Translations under genes and position numbers: made by a program
Notes under the pieces: generated by a model
The model's input: only the letters and a program-made list of their open reading frames with translations
The model's database searches: none
What the model was told of the DNA's origin: nothing
Source: Bacillota bacterium
GTDB lineage: Bacteria > Chloroflexota > Dormibacteria > Dormibacterales > Dormibacteraceae
Direction: 5' to 3'
DNA length: 53,763 bases
Assembly: GCA_021323605.1 (NCBI GenBank)
Contig: JAJPKS010000326.1
Location: forward strand, 1-53,763
Shown: positions 29,399 to 38,726 of the stretch, one piece after another
Numbering within the stretch: position 1 is the first letter of the stretch
How the letters are laid out: each line of letters begins with the position of its first letter

Positions 29399-29755
29399 TC
29401 AGCTCGGGCCGTGGACCCGGGAGATCGGTACCCGCAGCGCCCCGTGGGCGCCGGTGGCCGAGGGCGCCATCACCACCAGCACGCCGAGATTGAGCGTGGC
29501 CTGGGCGCGGGTGGGGTCCACCCGGAGCGGGAGGTCGAGCTCGAGGTGCCACCGGCCGACCTTCCACTCCCGCCGGAGCAGGTGCTGGCTCTCTTGGGGG
29601 TACTTGCAGACCGCGTCCAGCATCAGCCGGTCCGAGCTCAGCTCGATCGTGGTCTGCTCGGGATGGGCGCCCGGCACGGGCACGGCGACGCTCACCTGGC
29701 CGTTCGCCTCGTAGACGTTGGCCGGTGGCCGGTTGGTGGGCAGCACGGCGCTCAT
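29399..29755 (-). CDS. Hsp20/alpha-crystallin small heat-shock protein
   Basis: PANVYE..VPVPG, RREWKVG, LDLPLRVD..ATLNLGVLVV. Confidence 0.82.
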   Translation of the reverse strand: MSAVLPTNRPPANVYEANGQVSVAVPVPGAHPEQTTIELSSDRLMLDAVCKYPQESQHLLRREWKVGRWHLELDLPLRVDPTRAQATLNLGVLVVMAPSATGAHGALRVPISRVHGPS

Positions 29756-30024
29756 GTGACCATCCTGGCACACGGCGCGGTCCCGGCCTCCCCTTGGCTC
29801 GGGCCGGCCGGCCCGGACCCCCGGCTCGAAGGCGTGGTTCGGGAAGGTCTCCCGGTGCGACCGTTGGGCTTGGCTCCGCAGGACCAGGGATCGCTCCCGA
29901 AGATCTGCTCCGGGCGCTCGGCGGCCGGGATGAGGGCGGTCGCCGGGGTCCACACGGAACTCGCTCGTGGGCGCCCCGGAGGAGACGGTCCTCGGAGGTT
30001 TCCGGTCGGGCGCCTTGATGGAAA

Positions 30025-30052
30025 TGTAAGGCATCTCTCATGTTGCTCTCAG
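30025..30052 (+). promoter_or_regulatory. MprA-like OmpR-family tandem box
   Basis: TCTCAT-N5-TCTCAG (30036-30052) plus TGTAAG 11 bp earlier, between the divergent hsp20 and htrA genes. Confidence 0.6.
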
Positions 30053-30141
30053 ATCTCCGGGGCAGCATTGCGGTGTGATGGTTCGAGCGAACTCCGGTGG
30101 GGCCGCCCGGCACCGGCGCGGCGCCACGCACCAGGAGAGTG

Positions 30142-31563
30142 ATGACGATGTCCGACGGCGACCGTGACGCCATGGAGAGCCAGGTCGGCGGGGCCGGCCA
30201 GAGTCCGGGCGGCCCCGCCCTGCCCTCGCCGCCTTCGGCGAGCTGGCAGCCCCCCGGCGCGCCCCCGCCGCCTCCAACCGGTGGCTGGCAGCCGCCGGGC
30301 GCACCCCCGCCCCCCCTGCCCGGCCCTCCCGAGGGGCCGGCCTACTCGGGCTGGGGACAGGGGGCGGGTGGAACCCCTCCCCCCGGCGGCTGGCCGGCGT
30401 CGGGGGGAGGCTCGGGGCCCTCCGCCACCCGGCGCGCGTGGATCGCGCTGGCCGCGGTGGTGGGAGGGCTGGTGTTGCTCGGCGCCGGCCTGGGCGTGGG
30501 CTGGAGCTTGGGTCGGACGGGCGTCAGCGGCCTCTCGCCGGCTGCCCAGCCGCCCATCCACGCGGTTCCCCAGCAGGGCGGTCAGTCCGGCCGGTCCTTG
30601 AACGTGCAAGCCGTGGCCGGCAAGGTGGAGCCGGCGGTGGTCGACATCAACACCGTGCTGGCCACGGTCGGGGGTCGGCGCACGGCCCAGGCGGCGGGGA
30701 CGGGGATGATCGTGTCGTCCTCCGGAGAGGTCCTCACCAACAACCACGTGATCCAGGGCGCCACCCGCATCGAGGTCACGATCCCCGGCCACGGCGACCA
30801 CTCGGCCCGGGTGCTGGGGGCGGATCCCACCGACGACGTGGCCCTGCTGCAGGTGAGCGGCGTGTCCGGTCTGCCCACCGTCACCCTGGCCGACTCGTCC
30901 ACCCTGACCGTTGGCCAGCCGGTGGTGGCGATCGGCAACGCCCTGGGGCAGGGTGGTTCCCCCACCGTCACCGAGGGGACGATCACGGCCCTCAACCGGT
31001 CCATCACCGTGGGCGACGACAACGGGGGGACCGAGCACCTGAGCAACCTCATCCAGACCGACGCACCCATCAGCCAGGGCGATTCCGGCGGCCCGCTGGT
31101 CAACGCCGCCGCCCAGGTGGTCGGCATGATCACGGCCGGCGCCACCAGCGGTCCCGGACAGGAAGTGACGGAGGTCGGGTACGCCATCCCGGTCAACACC
31201 GCGGTCGACATCGTGAACCAGATCCGGGCCGGCCACGCGAGCTCCAACGTCATCATCGGTCAGCCCGGGTATCTGGGCGTGGAGGTGGCCGACCTGAACG
31301 CCAGGACGGCGGCCGAGCTGGGCCTGAACGTGAGTTCGGGGGCGCTCGTGCTGGGCGTGGTTCCGGGCAGCCCCGCCGACCAGGCCGGCATCTCGCGCTA
31401 CGCCGTGATCACGGCCGTCGGCGGCCACACCGTCGACTCAGCGGATGCTCTGGGCCAGGTCCTCCACCAGGACAAGCCGGGTCAGCGGGTGCAGGTCTCC
31501 TGGGTCGACCAGGGCGGCAACCACAGCACGACCGTGACCCTGGCCACCGGCCCCGCGGTCTGA
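30142..31563 (+). CDS. htrA: HtrA/DegP-like S1C serine protease with PDZ domain, membrane anchored
   Basis: Pro-rich N-terminus, TM helix, triad TNNHV / DDVALL / GDSGGP, PDZ YLGV..GSPADQAG. Confidence 0.93.
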   Translation: MTMSDGDRDAMESQVGGAGQSPGGPALPSPPSASWQPPGAPPPPPTGGWQPPGAPPPPLPGPPEGPAYSGWGQGAGGTPPPGGWPASGGGSGPSATRRAWIALAAVVGGLVLLGAGLGVGWSLGRTGVSGLSPAAQPPIHAVPQQGGQSGRSLNVQAVAGKVEPAVVDINTVLATVGGRRTAQAAGTGMIVSSSGEVLTNNHVIQGATRIEVTIPGHGDHSARVLGADPTDDVALLQVSGVSGLPTVTLADSSTLTVGQPVVAIGNALGQGGSPTVTEGTITALNRSITVGDDNGGTEHLSNLIQTDAPISQGDSGGPLVNAAAQVVGMITAGATSGPGQEVTEVGYAIPVNTAVDIVNQIRAGHASSNVIIGQPGYLGVEVADLNARTAAELGLNVSSGALVLGVVPGSPADQAGISRYAVITAVGGHTVDSADALGQVLHQDKPGQRVQVSWVDQGGNHSTTVTLATGPAV

Positions 31564-31573
31564 TTCCCCGATC

Positions 31574-31610
31574 GACCGGCGCCCTCCCGGCGAGGCGGGG
31601 GCGCCCGGTC
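31574..31610 (+). terminator. Possible GC hairpin terminator after htrA
   Basis: GACCGGCGCCC..GGGCGCCCGGTC imperfect inverted repeat; no U-tract. Confidence 0.35.
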
Positions 31611-31676
31611 GGCGGCCCCGCCCGCGGCCGGCGGTGCTGGGAGAGGAGCGTCCGCGGCGACGGCGATGATGGGAAC

Positions 31677-32678
31677 ATGCGCGTGGACATCCACAACCAC
31701 TTCTATCCCGCCGCCTACCTGGCCCTGCTCGAGGAACGCGGTCGCGGGGTCCGCATCCGCACCGACCTCCAGGGCCGGCGCTACCTGGAGGAGGCCGGTA
31801 CCCGGCTGGCCACCCTCACGCCGCCCATGACGGAGCTGGAGCGGCGCTTCGCCATGATGGACGCGGTCGGCATCGACCTCCAGGTTCTCTCCCTTACCGC
31901 CCCCAACGTCTACGCCTTCGATGCCGACGACGCCATCGTCGCCGCGCGGCTGGTCAACGACGAGTATGCGCGCCTCCGCGCCGTTCACGGCCGGCGCCTG
32001 CGCTGCCTGGCCAGCGTTCCCCTCGGCACCGGTGCCGAGGTGGAGGAGCTGGACCGCGCCATCCTCCAGCTGGGGCTGGACGGCGTCGTCGTGGGCACCA
32101 ACGTCGCCGGGCGCACGCTCGACGACCCCGCCTTCGAGGAGTTCTGGCGGCGGGTCGACGAGCTCCGGTGTCCGGTCCTGATCCATCCCATGACGCCCAT
32201 GGTCGGGACCCGTCACCTGGAGGATCACGCCCTGGTGCCCATGGTCGGCTTTCCCTTCGACACCACGCTGGCCGTGACGCGCCTGATCTGGACGGGCTTC
32301 CTCGATCGCCATCCCAACCTCCGCCTGGTCGCCCTGCACGCCGGCGGGGCGCTCCCCTACCTGGCAGGTCGCCTGGAGATCGGGGCAGATGCCTACGCGG
32401 AGTGCCGGCAGGTGGAGCACCGACCCACCTGGTACCTGGGCCGGCTCTTCTACGACACCGTCAGCTACCATCCGCCGGCGCTGCGTCTCTTGGCCGAGTC
32501 GTTTGGGGTGGGGCAGGTGGTGTTCGGCACCGACTACCCGCACGTGATCGGCGATCCGGTTCGGGTGATCGCCAGCCTGGATCGGGCCGGCTTCGAGCCC
32601 CAGGACCTGGAGCGCATCTGCTGGACGAATGTCCGGGACGGCCTGGGCATCGCCCTCGATCCACCCGGTCGCTCGTGA
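31677..32678 (+). CDS. Amidohydrolase_2-family protein (ACMSD-like decarboxylase/hydratase)
   Basis: DIHNH, LIHP, HAGGALPY, FYDT, FGTDYPH. Confidence 0.9.
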   Translation: MRVDIHNHFYPAAYLALLEERGRGVRIRTDLQGRRYLEEAGTRLATLTPPMTELERRFAMMDAVGIDLQVLSLTAPNVYAFDADDAIVAARLVNDEYARLRAVHGRRLRCLASVPLGTGAEVEELDRAILQLGLDGVVVGTNVAGRTLDDPAFEEFWRRVDELRCPVLIHPMTPMVGTRHLEDHALVPMVGFPFDTTLAVTRLIWTGFLDRHPNLRLVALHAGGALPYLAGRLEIGADAYAECRQVEHRPTWYLGRLFYDTVSYHPPALRLLAESFGVGQVVFGTDYPHVIGDPVRVIASLDRAGFEPQDLERICWTNVRDGLGIALDPPGRS

Positions 32679-32775
32679 GCGCCCGAGCGGCCTCCTCGCC
32701 TTCAGGGGCGGATCAGAGCCGGGCCAGGCCGGCGGCCGGGGCTGGCTCCCGACGTTCGCCGCCCCCGGCGTGAGA

Positions 32776-32872
32776 TGGTTGACACCGCATTACATCGGCG
32801 TCATCTAGAGATCTTCAGTGTCAGGTATGCGGTAGTGTTTTGGGTTATCAGTACTATAATGATTAGGGCGCA
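32776..32872 (+). promoter_or_regulatory. AT-rich promoter region of the histidine kinase
   Basis: TTGACA at 32779-32784 and perfect TATAAT at 32855-32860 in an AT-rich patch. Confidence 0.55.
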
Positions 32873-34582
32873 ATGGAAACTGAGGGCGGCACCCGCGCTG
32901 GGCGAGCCTCGGTGCCGCCGGGGCCCTGGAGGACACCGACGGCGCTGGTGCGCGCCCTCTCCCACTCCGACCTCCTGCAGGCGGTGGATCTGGGAGTCAC
33001 ACTGGTCGAGGCGGAGCCGGAGCTGCGGGTCCTCTACTGCAACGAGGGCTTCCGGCGCTCGCGCTGGGCCGGGCAGGGGGGAAGGGCCGGCGGGCCGCTG
33101 ACCGAGCTCGTCCAGGAGCGGTATCGCCGGCCGGTGGAGGCCGCCCACCGGCAGGTCGTGCGCACCGGGCTCCCGGCCCGCGTCCGGGCGACGCCGGGCC
33201 GGGGCGAGGTGGAGCTGTTGCCGCTGTCGTGGGGCCCCGCGACCGTGGCCCACGTGCTCGGCCTGTGGGAAGGGTTCGGCGGCCGGAACGGCAGGGACGG
33301 CCGGGAGGCGCGGCGACCGGTCCTGCGAGCGCTGGGCCTCCTGACCGAGCACCTCGGAGAGGGAGGCGCCATGGCATCGCTCCTGGGCCGGCTCTCCCGC
33401 ACCCTCGCCGAACTGGTCGACGCCTCCAGGGCGGCGTTCTGGCGGTACGATCCGGAACGTCGCGTGCTGGCGCTGGAGCCGGAGCCCTTTGGGTTCCCAC
33501 CCGGTCGCCCGCCGCGGCTGATCCCCGTCCTTCCCGACGACGGGCTGGTGGTGCCCGGCGATGCCGTGGTCTGGAGCCGGGCCGATCCCGACGCCGGGCG
33601 ACCCCGGGTGCCGGGCGGGCTGGGCGACGCGCTCGGCGCCCGGGACGCCATCGTGGTGCCCTGGAAGGCGGGTGATCGTCGGCTCGGCCTCGTGATCGCG
33701 TGTGACAGTCGGAGGCCGAGGGGCTTCACCCGGGAGGACGCCTGGACGCTCCGGGCCGCGGCCGCGGTGGCGGCCCTGGTCGTGGAGCACAAACGAGCGG
33801 ACGAGGCCCTGGTCGCCGCCCGCGACCGCGAGGCGGCGAGCCTTCGGCGCCAGGTCGACCAATCGATCCAGCTCGAGCAGATGAAGACCAACCTCTTGCG
33901 GCTCGTCTCGCACGAGTTGCGCACGCCGCTCGCCGTGCTCCGCGGCTATCTCTCGATGATCGAGGAGGGCTCACTGCGGCCGCACGACCTGCCCTCGGTG
34001 CTCCCGCTCCTGCGGGCTCGGGTCGAGGAGATGGGTCACCTGATCGACGAGATCATGGAGGCGGCGCGTCTCGAGGACAGCGCCATCGCGCTCGCCGCCC
34101 ACGGGTTGGACCTGCGCGAGGTGGTGACCGCGGCCGTGCGCTCCGTGGAGCCGCTGGCGGGTGCAGAGCATCCCATACGGCTGAGGCTGCCGCGGCGGCC
34201 GGTGCCGGTCAGGGGCGACCGCGCCCGGCTCACCATGATCCTCACCGCGCTGATCCACAACGCCATCAAGTACTCGCCGGACGGCGGCGAGATCCGGATC
34301 GGCTGTCGCACCGCTGCCCGCGCCGCCTCGGTGTCGGTCAGCGATCACGGGGTGGGCATCGCCCGGCGCAACCGGCCTCGGCTCTTCACCAGGTTCGGCC
34401 GCATCGTGACCCCGGAGACGGAGCACATCCCGGGGACCGGACTGGGTCTCTACCTGGCCCGCGACCTGGCGCGTCGCCACGGGGGTGACATCCGGGTCCG
34501 ATCGCAGCCAGGGCGAGGGAGCACGTTCACCCTCCGCTTGCCGCTGTCGGCCCCGAGCGGGGAGACCGGGGAGGCCGCCTGA
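32873..34582 (+). CDS. Soluble PAS-like/GAF sensor histidine kinase
   Basis: H-box SHELRTPL, N-box HNAIKYS, G1 DHGVGI, G2 GTGLGL; no obvious TM helix. Confidence 0.92.
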   Translation: METEGGTRAGRASVPPGPWRTPTALVRALSHSDLLQAVDLGVTLVEAEPELRVLYCNEGFRRSRWAGQGGRAGGPLTELVQERYRRPVEAAHRQVVRTGLPARVRATPGRGEVELLPLSWGPATVAHVLGLWEGFGGRNGRDGREARRPVLRALGLLTEHLGEGGAMASLLGRLSRTLAELVDASRAAFWRYDPERRVLALEPEPFGFPPGRPPRLIPVLPDDGLVVPGDAVVWSRADPDAGRPRVPGGLGDALGARDAIVVPWKAGDRRLGLVIACDSRRPRGFTREDAWTLRAAAAVAALVVEHKRADEALVAARDREAASLRRQVDQSIQLEQMKTNLLRLVSHELRTPLAVLRGYLSMIEEGSLRPHDLPSVLPLLRARVEEMGHLIDEIMEAARLEDSAIALAAHGLDLREVVTAAVRSVEPLAGAEHPIRLRLPRRPVPVRGDRARLTMILTALIHNAIKYSPDGGEIRIGCRTAARAASVSVSDHGVGIARRNRPRLFTRFGRIVTPETEHIPGTGLGLYLARDLARRHGGDIRVRSQPGRGSTFTLRLPLSAPSGETGEAA

Positions 34583-34613
34583 GGTCGACCTCGGATGCCG
34601 CCTCCGGTGGGGC

Positions 34614-35429
34614 TCAGTCGGGCCGGCGCCCGTAGGCGACGGCGAAGGGGCCGGCGCTGTGCAGCTCCTCCCACTCCCGTTGCATGGCCGTCAGCAGCTG
34701 GCAGCACTCCGCCGGGGCGAGCCCGAAGCGCTCCTGGAAGGGAGCGCAGAGGCCGGCGAACAGGGCCCGAAGGTTGCTCCCCATCAGCGATCCGATCCGG
34801 CCCCCCCACTCTCCGATCGGGATGCGGACCTCGTGGCGGGCCACGTCCATCAGCCCCGCGCGGCGCAGGTGGAGGTCGAGAGAGCGGAAGATCGTTCCCG
34901 CCATGTCGATGCCGCGCGACCGGCCCAGCTTCCAGGCCAGCTCGAACAGCTGCCGGCCGGCCGGGCCGGCGGGCTCCAGCCAGGGATCGACCTCGACCAG
35001 CTCCACCCAGCCCCCGGGACGGGTGACGCGGACCAGTTCCCCGACCACCCCCGACCACGAGGTCAGCGGGATCCCGGAGGCCGCCAGCAGCCGCTGGTGC
35101 ACGAAGTCGAAGCTTCCCTCGAGGAAGGGAAGGCCGTGGAGCACGTTGCCGCGGACGAAGCGGTAGTTGACCGGCCGGTCGCCCCTGCCCGGTACCAGGT
35201 CGAAGCCCACCACCAGGGCCCCGGGGAACTCCCCACAGAGGTCGCAGGCCCAGCGGCCGGTGCCGCTGCCCACGTCCAGGATGGAGGCGGGGTGCCGGAG
35301 AGGGGCGAGGTAGTTCGCCCCCAGCGCCTCCCGCAGCGCATAGTGCTGGACGTCCAGCCGATCCAGCTCCCGGGGCTCCCGGGGGAAGAGGTAGCGGTCC
35401 CCCTCCGGTGCCGGGCGGCCGCGGCTCAT
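34614..35429 (-). CDS. Class I SAM-dependent methyltransferase (LaeA-like N-terminus)
   Basis: YLFP..ELDRLDVQH, ILDVGSGTGRW, SFDFVHQR, RPGGWVELVE. ATGA overlap with the upstream gene. Confidence 0.88.
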   Translation of the reverse strand: MSRGRPAPEGDRYLFPREPRELDRLDVQHYALREALGANYLAPLRHPASILDVGSGTGRWACDLCGEFPGALVVGFDLVPGRGDRPVNYRFVRGNVLHGLPFLEGSFDFVHQRLLAASGIPLTSWSGVVGELVRVTRPGGWVELVEVDPWLEPAGPAGRQLFELAWKLGRSRGIDMAGTIFRSLDLHLRRAGLMDVARHEVRIPIGEWGGRIGSLMGSNLRALFAGLCAPFQERFGLAPAECCQLLTAMQREWEELHSAGPFAVAYGRRPD

Positions 35430-36586
35430 CGGCCGGCGCCGGCCGGCGCCGGCCAGGCGACCGGCTCCAGCGCCGAGCCGTCCAGCTCGGCCAGGCTGCG
35501 GCGGCCGAGCAGGGCCAGGGTGACGTCCATCTCGCCGGCCAGGATCTCGATCGCTCGCCGGACCCCGGCCTCGCCCCCGGCGGCCAGGCCGTATACGAAA
35601 GCCCGGCCGATGAGGCAGGCGTGGGCGCCCAGGGCCAGGGCCTTGAGCACGTCCTGGCCGCGGCGGATGCCCCCGTCGAGGAGGACGGTGGCCCGGCCCG
35701 CCACCGCCTCGACGATCGAGGGCAGCACGGAGATGCTGGAGGGCGCCCCGTCCAGCTGCCGGCCGCCGTGGTTCGAGACCACCACGCCGTCGGCGCCGTG
35801 CTCCACCGCCAGCCGGGCGTCCTCGGCCGTGAGCACGCCCTTGACCAGGAGTGGGCCCGGCCAGAGCGAGCGTACCCACTCGAACTCACGCCAGGTCTTG
35901 GAGGCGTCGTGGTTGCGCAGCATGAGCCGGGCCAGGGGCAGGAAGCCCTCGTCGCGGGAGTGGGGGACGTTGCCCAGGGTGAGGCGGGAGCCGAGCAGCA
36001 CCTCGCGCATCCACCGCCAGCGCCGCGCCGTGTCCAGGACGTTGGCGGGCGTGATCCGAGGCGGGACGGTGAAGCCGTTGCGCAGGTCGCGCTCCCGCTG
36101 GCCAGCCACCGGGACGTCGACCGTGAAGGCGAGCACCGAGCAGCCGGCCGCGCGAGCACGGTCGATCAGGGAGCGAGCCAGTTCCCGATCCTTGCCCATG
36201 TAGAGCTGGAACCAGAACGGCTTCACCGCCGCCGCCCGAACCTCCTCGATGGAGCACACGGACGCGGTGGAGAGGCAGAAGGGGATGCCCGACGCCTCTG
36301 CCGCCCGTGCCGCCTGGATCTCCCCGCGGCGGGCGACGAGGCCGGCCAGGCCGATCGGCGCCAGGACCAGCGGCAACGCCAGCCGGCTGCCGAACAGGAC
36401 CACGCTCAGGTCTCGCTCCGAGACGTCGGTCAGGACGCGCGGCCGGAAGCGCAGGCGCTCGAAGTCGGCTCGGTTGGCGCGCAGCGTGACCTCGTCGAAG
36501 GCGCCACCGTCGACGTAGTCGAAGACCATGCGCGGCAGACGCCGACGAGCGATCCGGCGCAGATCCTCGATGGTGACCGGTCTCAT
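35426..36586 (-). CDS. FMN-dependent alpha-hydroxy-acid dehydrogenase (LldD/mandelate DH family)
   Basis: FDYVDGGA, WFQLY, TVD, VSNHGGRQLDG, DGGIRRG. Confidence 0.93.
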   Translation of the reverse strand: MRPVTIEDLRRIARRRLPRMVFDYVDGGAFDEVTLRANRADFERLRFRPRVLTDVSERDLSVVLFGSRLALPLVLAPIGLAGLVARRGEIQAARAAEASGIPFCLSTASVCSIEEVRAAAVKPFWFQLYMGKDRELARSLIDRARAAGCSVLAFTVDVPVAGQRERDLRNGFTVPPRITPANVLDTARRWRWMREVLLGSRLTLGNVPHSRDEGFLPLARLMLRNHDASKTWREFEWVRSLWPGPLLVKGVLTAEDARLAVEHGADGVVVSNHGGRQLDGAPSSISVLPSIVEAVAGRATVLLDGGIRRGQDVLKALALGAHACLIGRAFVYGLAAGGEAGVRRAIEILAGEMDVTLALLGRRSLAELDGSALEPVAWPAPAGAGR

Positions 36587-36872
36587 CCCCGACCGGCGTT
36601 CATCACGCGCGGCCAGCCCGCCGGCCGGGGTGGCTGGGCGCCGGCCCGTCGTACCGTTCCGTGTCGCTCCCTGCCTTCCTCACGCTCGTCCGGTCCCCCC
36701 ACCTGTCCGCGCACCGGCGCCGCCACCCACCGGCTGTCCTCATGGTAGGTCGGCCGGGGACGGCCGGCAATCCGCTGCCGCCGATGGTGGCCATCGCCGC
36801 CGGCGATCGATGGCGGCTGGGCACCGCCCGTCCGGCCACGCCGATCGGACCACGCTCCGGGGACCGCGTGAC

Positions 36873-36910
36873 TCAATTTCTGTTATTCATCATAATAATC
36901 AGGATAATGA
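36873..36910. promoter_or_regulatory. AT-rich imperfect palindrome upstream of ctaD
   Basis: TTTCTGTTATT-CATCAT-AATAATCAGGA in otherwise very GC-rich DNA. Confidence 0.55.
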
Positions 36911-36950
36911 TCGAGCAGGAGCTTTCCATCGGCAGGAGGTGAGCGATCCC

Positions 36951-38618
36951 ATGGCCATCCTGGCCCAGCCCCGGTCCCGCGCCTACGAGGACACGTTCTG
37001 GCGGCCGATCCGACTCTGGTTGACCACCACCGATCACAAGCTGATCGGGATCATGTACATGGTCACCGCCTTCTCGAGTTTCATCGTCGGCGGCATCTTC
37101 GCCCTCATCCTGCGCCTCCAGCTGGCCCAGCCCAACCTGCACGTGGTCGACCCCCAGACCTACGACGAGATCATGTCGACCCACGGGGTGACGATGGTCT
37201 TCTTCTTCGTCACCATCTTCCTGACCGGGCTCGGCAACTACTTCGTCCCCCTCATGGTGGGGGCCCGGGACATGGCCTTCCCCCGTCTCAACCTGCTCGG
37301 GTTCTGGCTGATCCCGGTCTCGATCGTGATCTACTACTCCGCCTTCCTCTTCGGCGGTCCGCTCTCGGCCGGATGGACGGGCTACCCGCCGCTGACCGAG
37401 GTCCAGTACACCCCTGGGATCGGGGTCGATCTCTGGATCCTCAGCCTGGTCATCTGGTGCATCAGCGGGATCATGGCGTCGACCAACTTCCTGACCACGG
37501 TGGTGGCGCTGCGGGCGGCCGACATGAGCCTGCGCCGGCTCCCCCTCTTCGTCTGGGCGCAGGTCTCGGCCTCGATCCTGCTCCTGCTGGTGGGCGCTCC
37601 CCTGGCGGCGGCCCTGATCATGCTCGAGCTCGACCGCCAGTTCGGCACCAACTTCTTCTCCGGAAACGGCGGCCGGCCGGTGCTGTACCAGCACCTGTTC
37701 TGGTTCTTCGGCCACCCCGAGGTCTACATCATGATCCTGCCCGGGTTTGGGATCGCCTCCGAGGTGATACCGGTCTTCAGCCGTAAGCCGCTCTTCGGCT
37801 ACAGCTCGATGGTGGCCTCGCTGCTGGCCATCGTCTTCCTCTCCATGGCGGTCTGGGCCCACCACATGTTCACGGTGGGGATGAACATCTACCTGGAGAC
37901 CTTCTTCATGGGCATGTCGATGCTGATCGCCGTCCCCACCGGCGTCAAGTTCTTCAACTGGATCGCCACCGCCTGGCGGGGGTCGATCGACTTCAAGCTC
38001 CCCATGAAGTTCGTCTTCGGGTTCATGGCCACCTTCCTGATCGGCGGCATCTCAGGGGTCTACCTGGCCTCCGTGCCGGTCGACACCCAGCTCCACCACA
38101 GCTACTACGTGGTGGCCCACATCCACTACGTGCTCTTCGGCGGCAGCGTCTTCGCCATCTTCGCCGGTATCTACTACTGGTTCCCGAAGATCACCGGCCG
38201 TCATCTCGATCGCCGTTTGGGGGAATGGCACTTCTGGTTGATGTTCGTCTTCGCCAACCTGACCTTCTTCCCCATGCACACCCTGGGCCTGGACGGGATG
38301 CCGCGGCGGATCGCCACCTACCCGGGCGGCTTCGCCGAGGCCGGCTGGGGGACCGTCAACCTGATCATCTCGATCTCGTCCTTCGGCCTGGCCTTCTCGA
38401 TCCTGCTCTTCGTCGTCAACGCCTGGTGGAGCTGGCGCCGCGGGGAGCTGGCCGGTGACGACCCCTGGCAGGGGAACACGCTGGAGTGGGCGACGACCTC
38501 GCCCCCGCCCCCCTACAACTTCGAGCGCATCCCGCCCGTCTCGTCGTTCATGCCCATGCAGGAGATCCGGCGCCGGCGCTCGACCGGCTGCACCGTGGCC
38601 CCGGGGACGGCACCCTGA
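36951..38618 (+). CDS. ctaD: Heme-copper oxidase subunit I, type A1 (aa3-like)
   Basis: TDHKLIG, HGVTM, DMAFPRLN (D-channel), WFFGHPEVY, WAHHMF, PTGVK (K-channel), VAHIHY, GMPRR. SD AGGAGG. Confidence 0.96.
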   Translation: MAILAQPRSRAYEDTFWRPIRLWLTTTDHKLIGIMYMVTAFSSFIVGGIFALILRLQLAQPNLHVVDPQTYDEIMSTHGVTMVFFFVTIFLTGLGNYFVPLMVGARDMAFPRLNLLGFWLIPVSIVIYYSAFLFGGPLSAGWTGYPPLTEVQYTPGIGVDLWILSLVIWCISGIMASTNFLTTVVALRAADMSLRRLPLFVWAQVSASILLLLVGAPLAAALIMLELDRQFGTNFFSGNGGRPVLYQHLFWFFGHPEVYIMILPGFGIASEVIPVFSRKPLFGYSSMVASLLAIVFLSMAVWAHHMFTVGMNIYLETFFMGMSMLIAVPTGVKFFNWIATAWRGSIDFKLPMKFVFGFMATFLIGGISGVYLASVPVDTQLHHSYYVVAHIHYVLFGGSVFAIFAGIYYWFPKITGRHLDRRLGEWHFWLMFVFANLTFFPMHTLGLDGMPRRIATYPGGFAEAGWGTVNLIISISSFGLAFSILLFVVNAWWSWRRGELAGDDPWQGNTLEWATTSPPPPYNFERIPPVSSFMPMQEIRRRRSTGCTVAPGTAP

Positions 38619-38640
38619 TGCGGCCCCATCCGGAGGCGCG

Positions 38641-38676
38641 GAGAATTTACAATAAATCTCAGAAAAACTTCTGAGA
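38641..38676. promoter_or_regulatory. AT-rich operator-like site upstream of mrp
   Basis: TTTACA -35-like hexamer and perfect inverted repeat TCTCAGAA-AAAC-TTCTGAGA. Confidence 0.55.
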
Positions 38677-38726
38677 GGCCCGGCCCGCCCGGGACGCGGC
38701 CAGGCGGCGAGCAACGGAGGCAGACG

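Noticed and set aside
35426-36586. Mycofactocin MftD assignment
   Set aside because: No mftA, mftB, mftC, mftE or mftF gene in the window.
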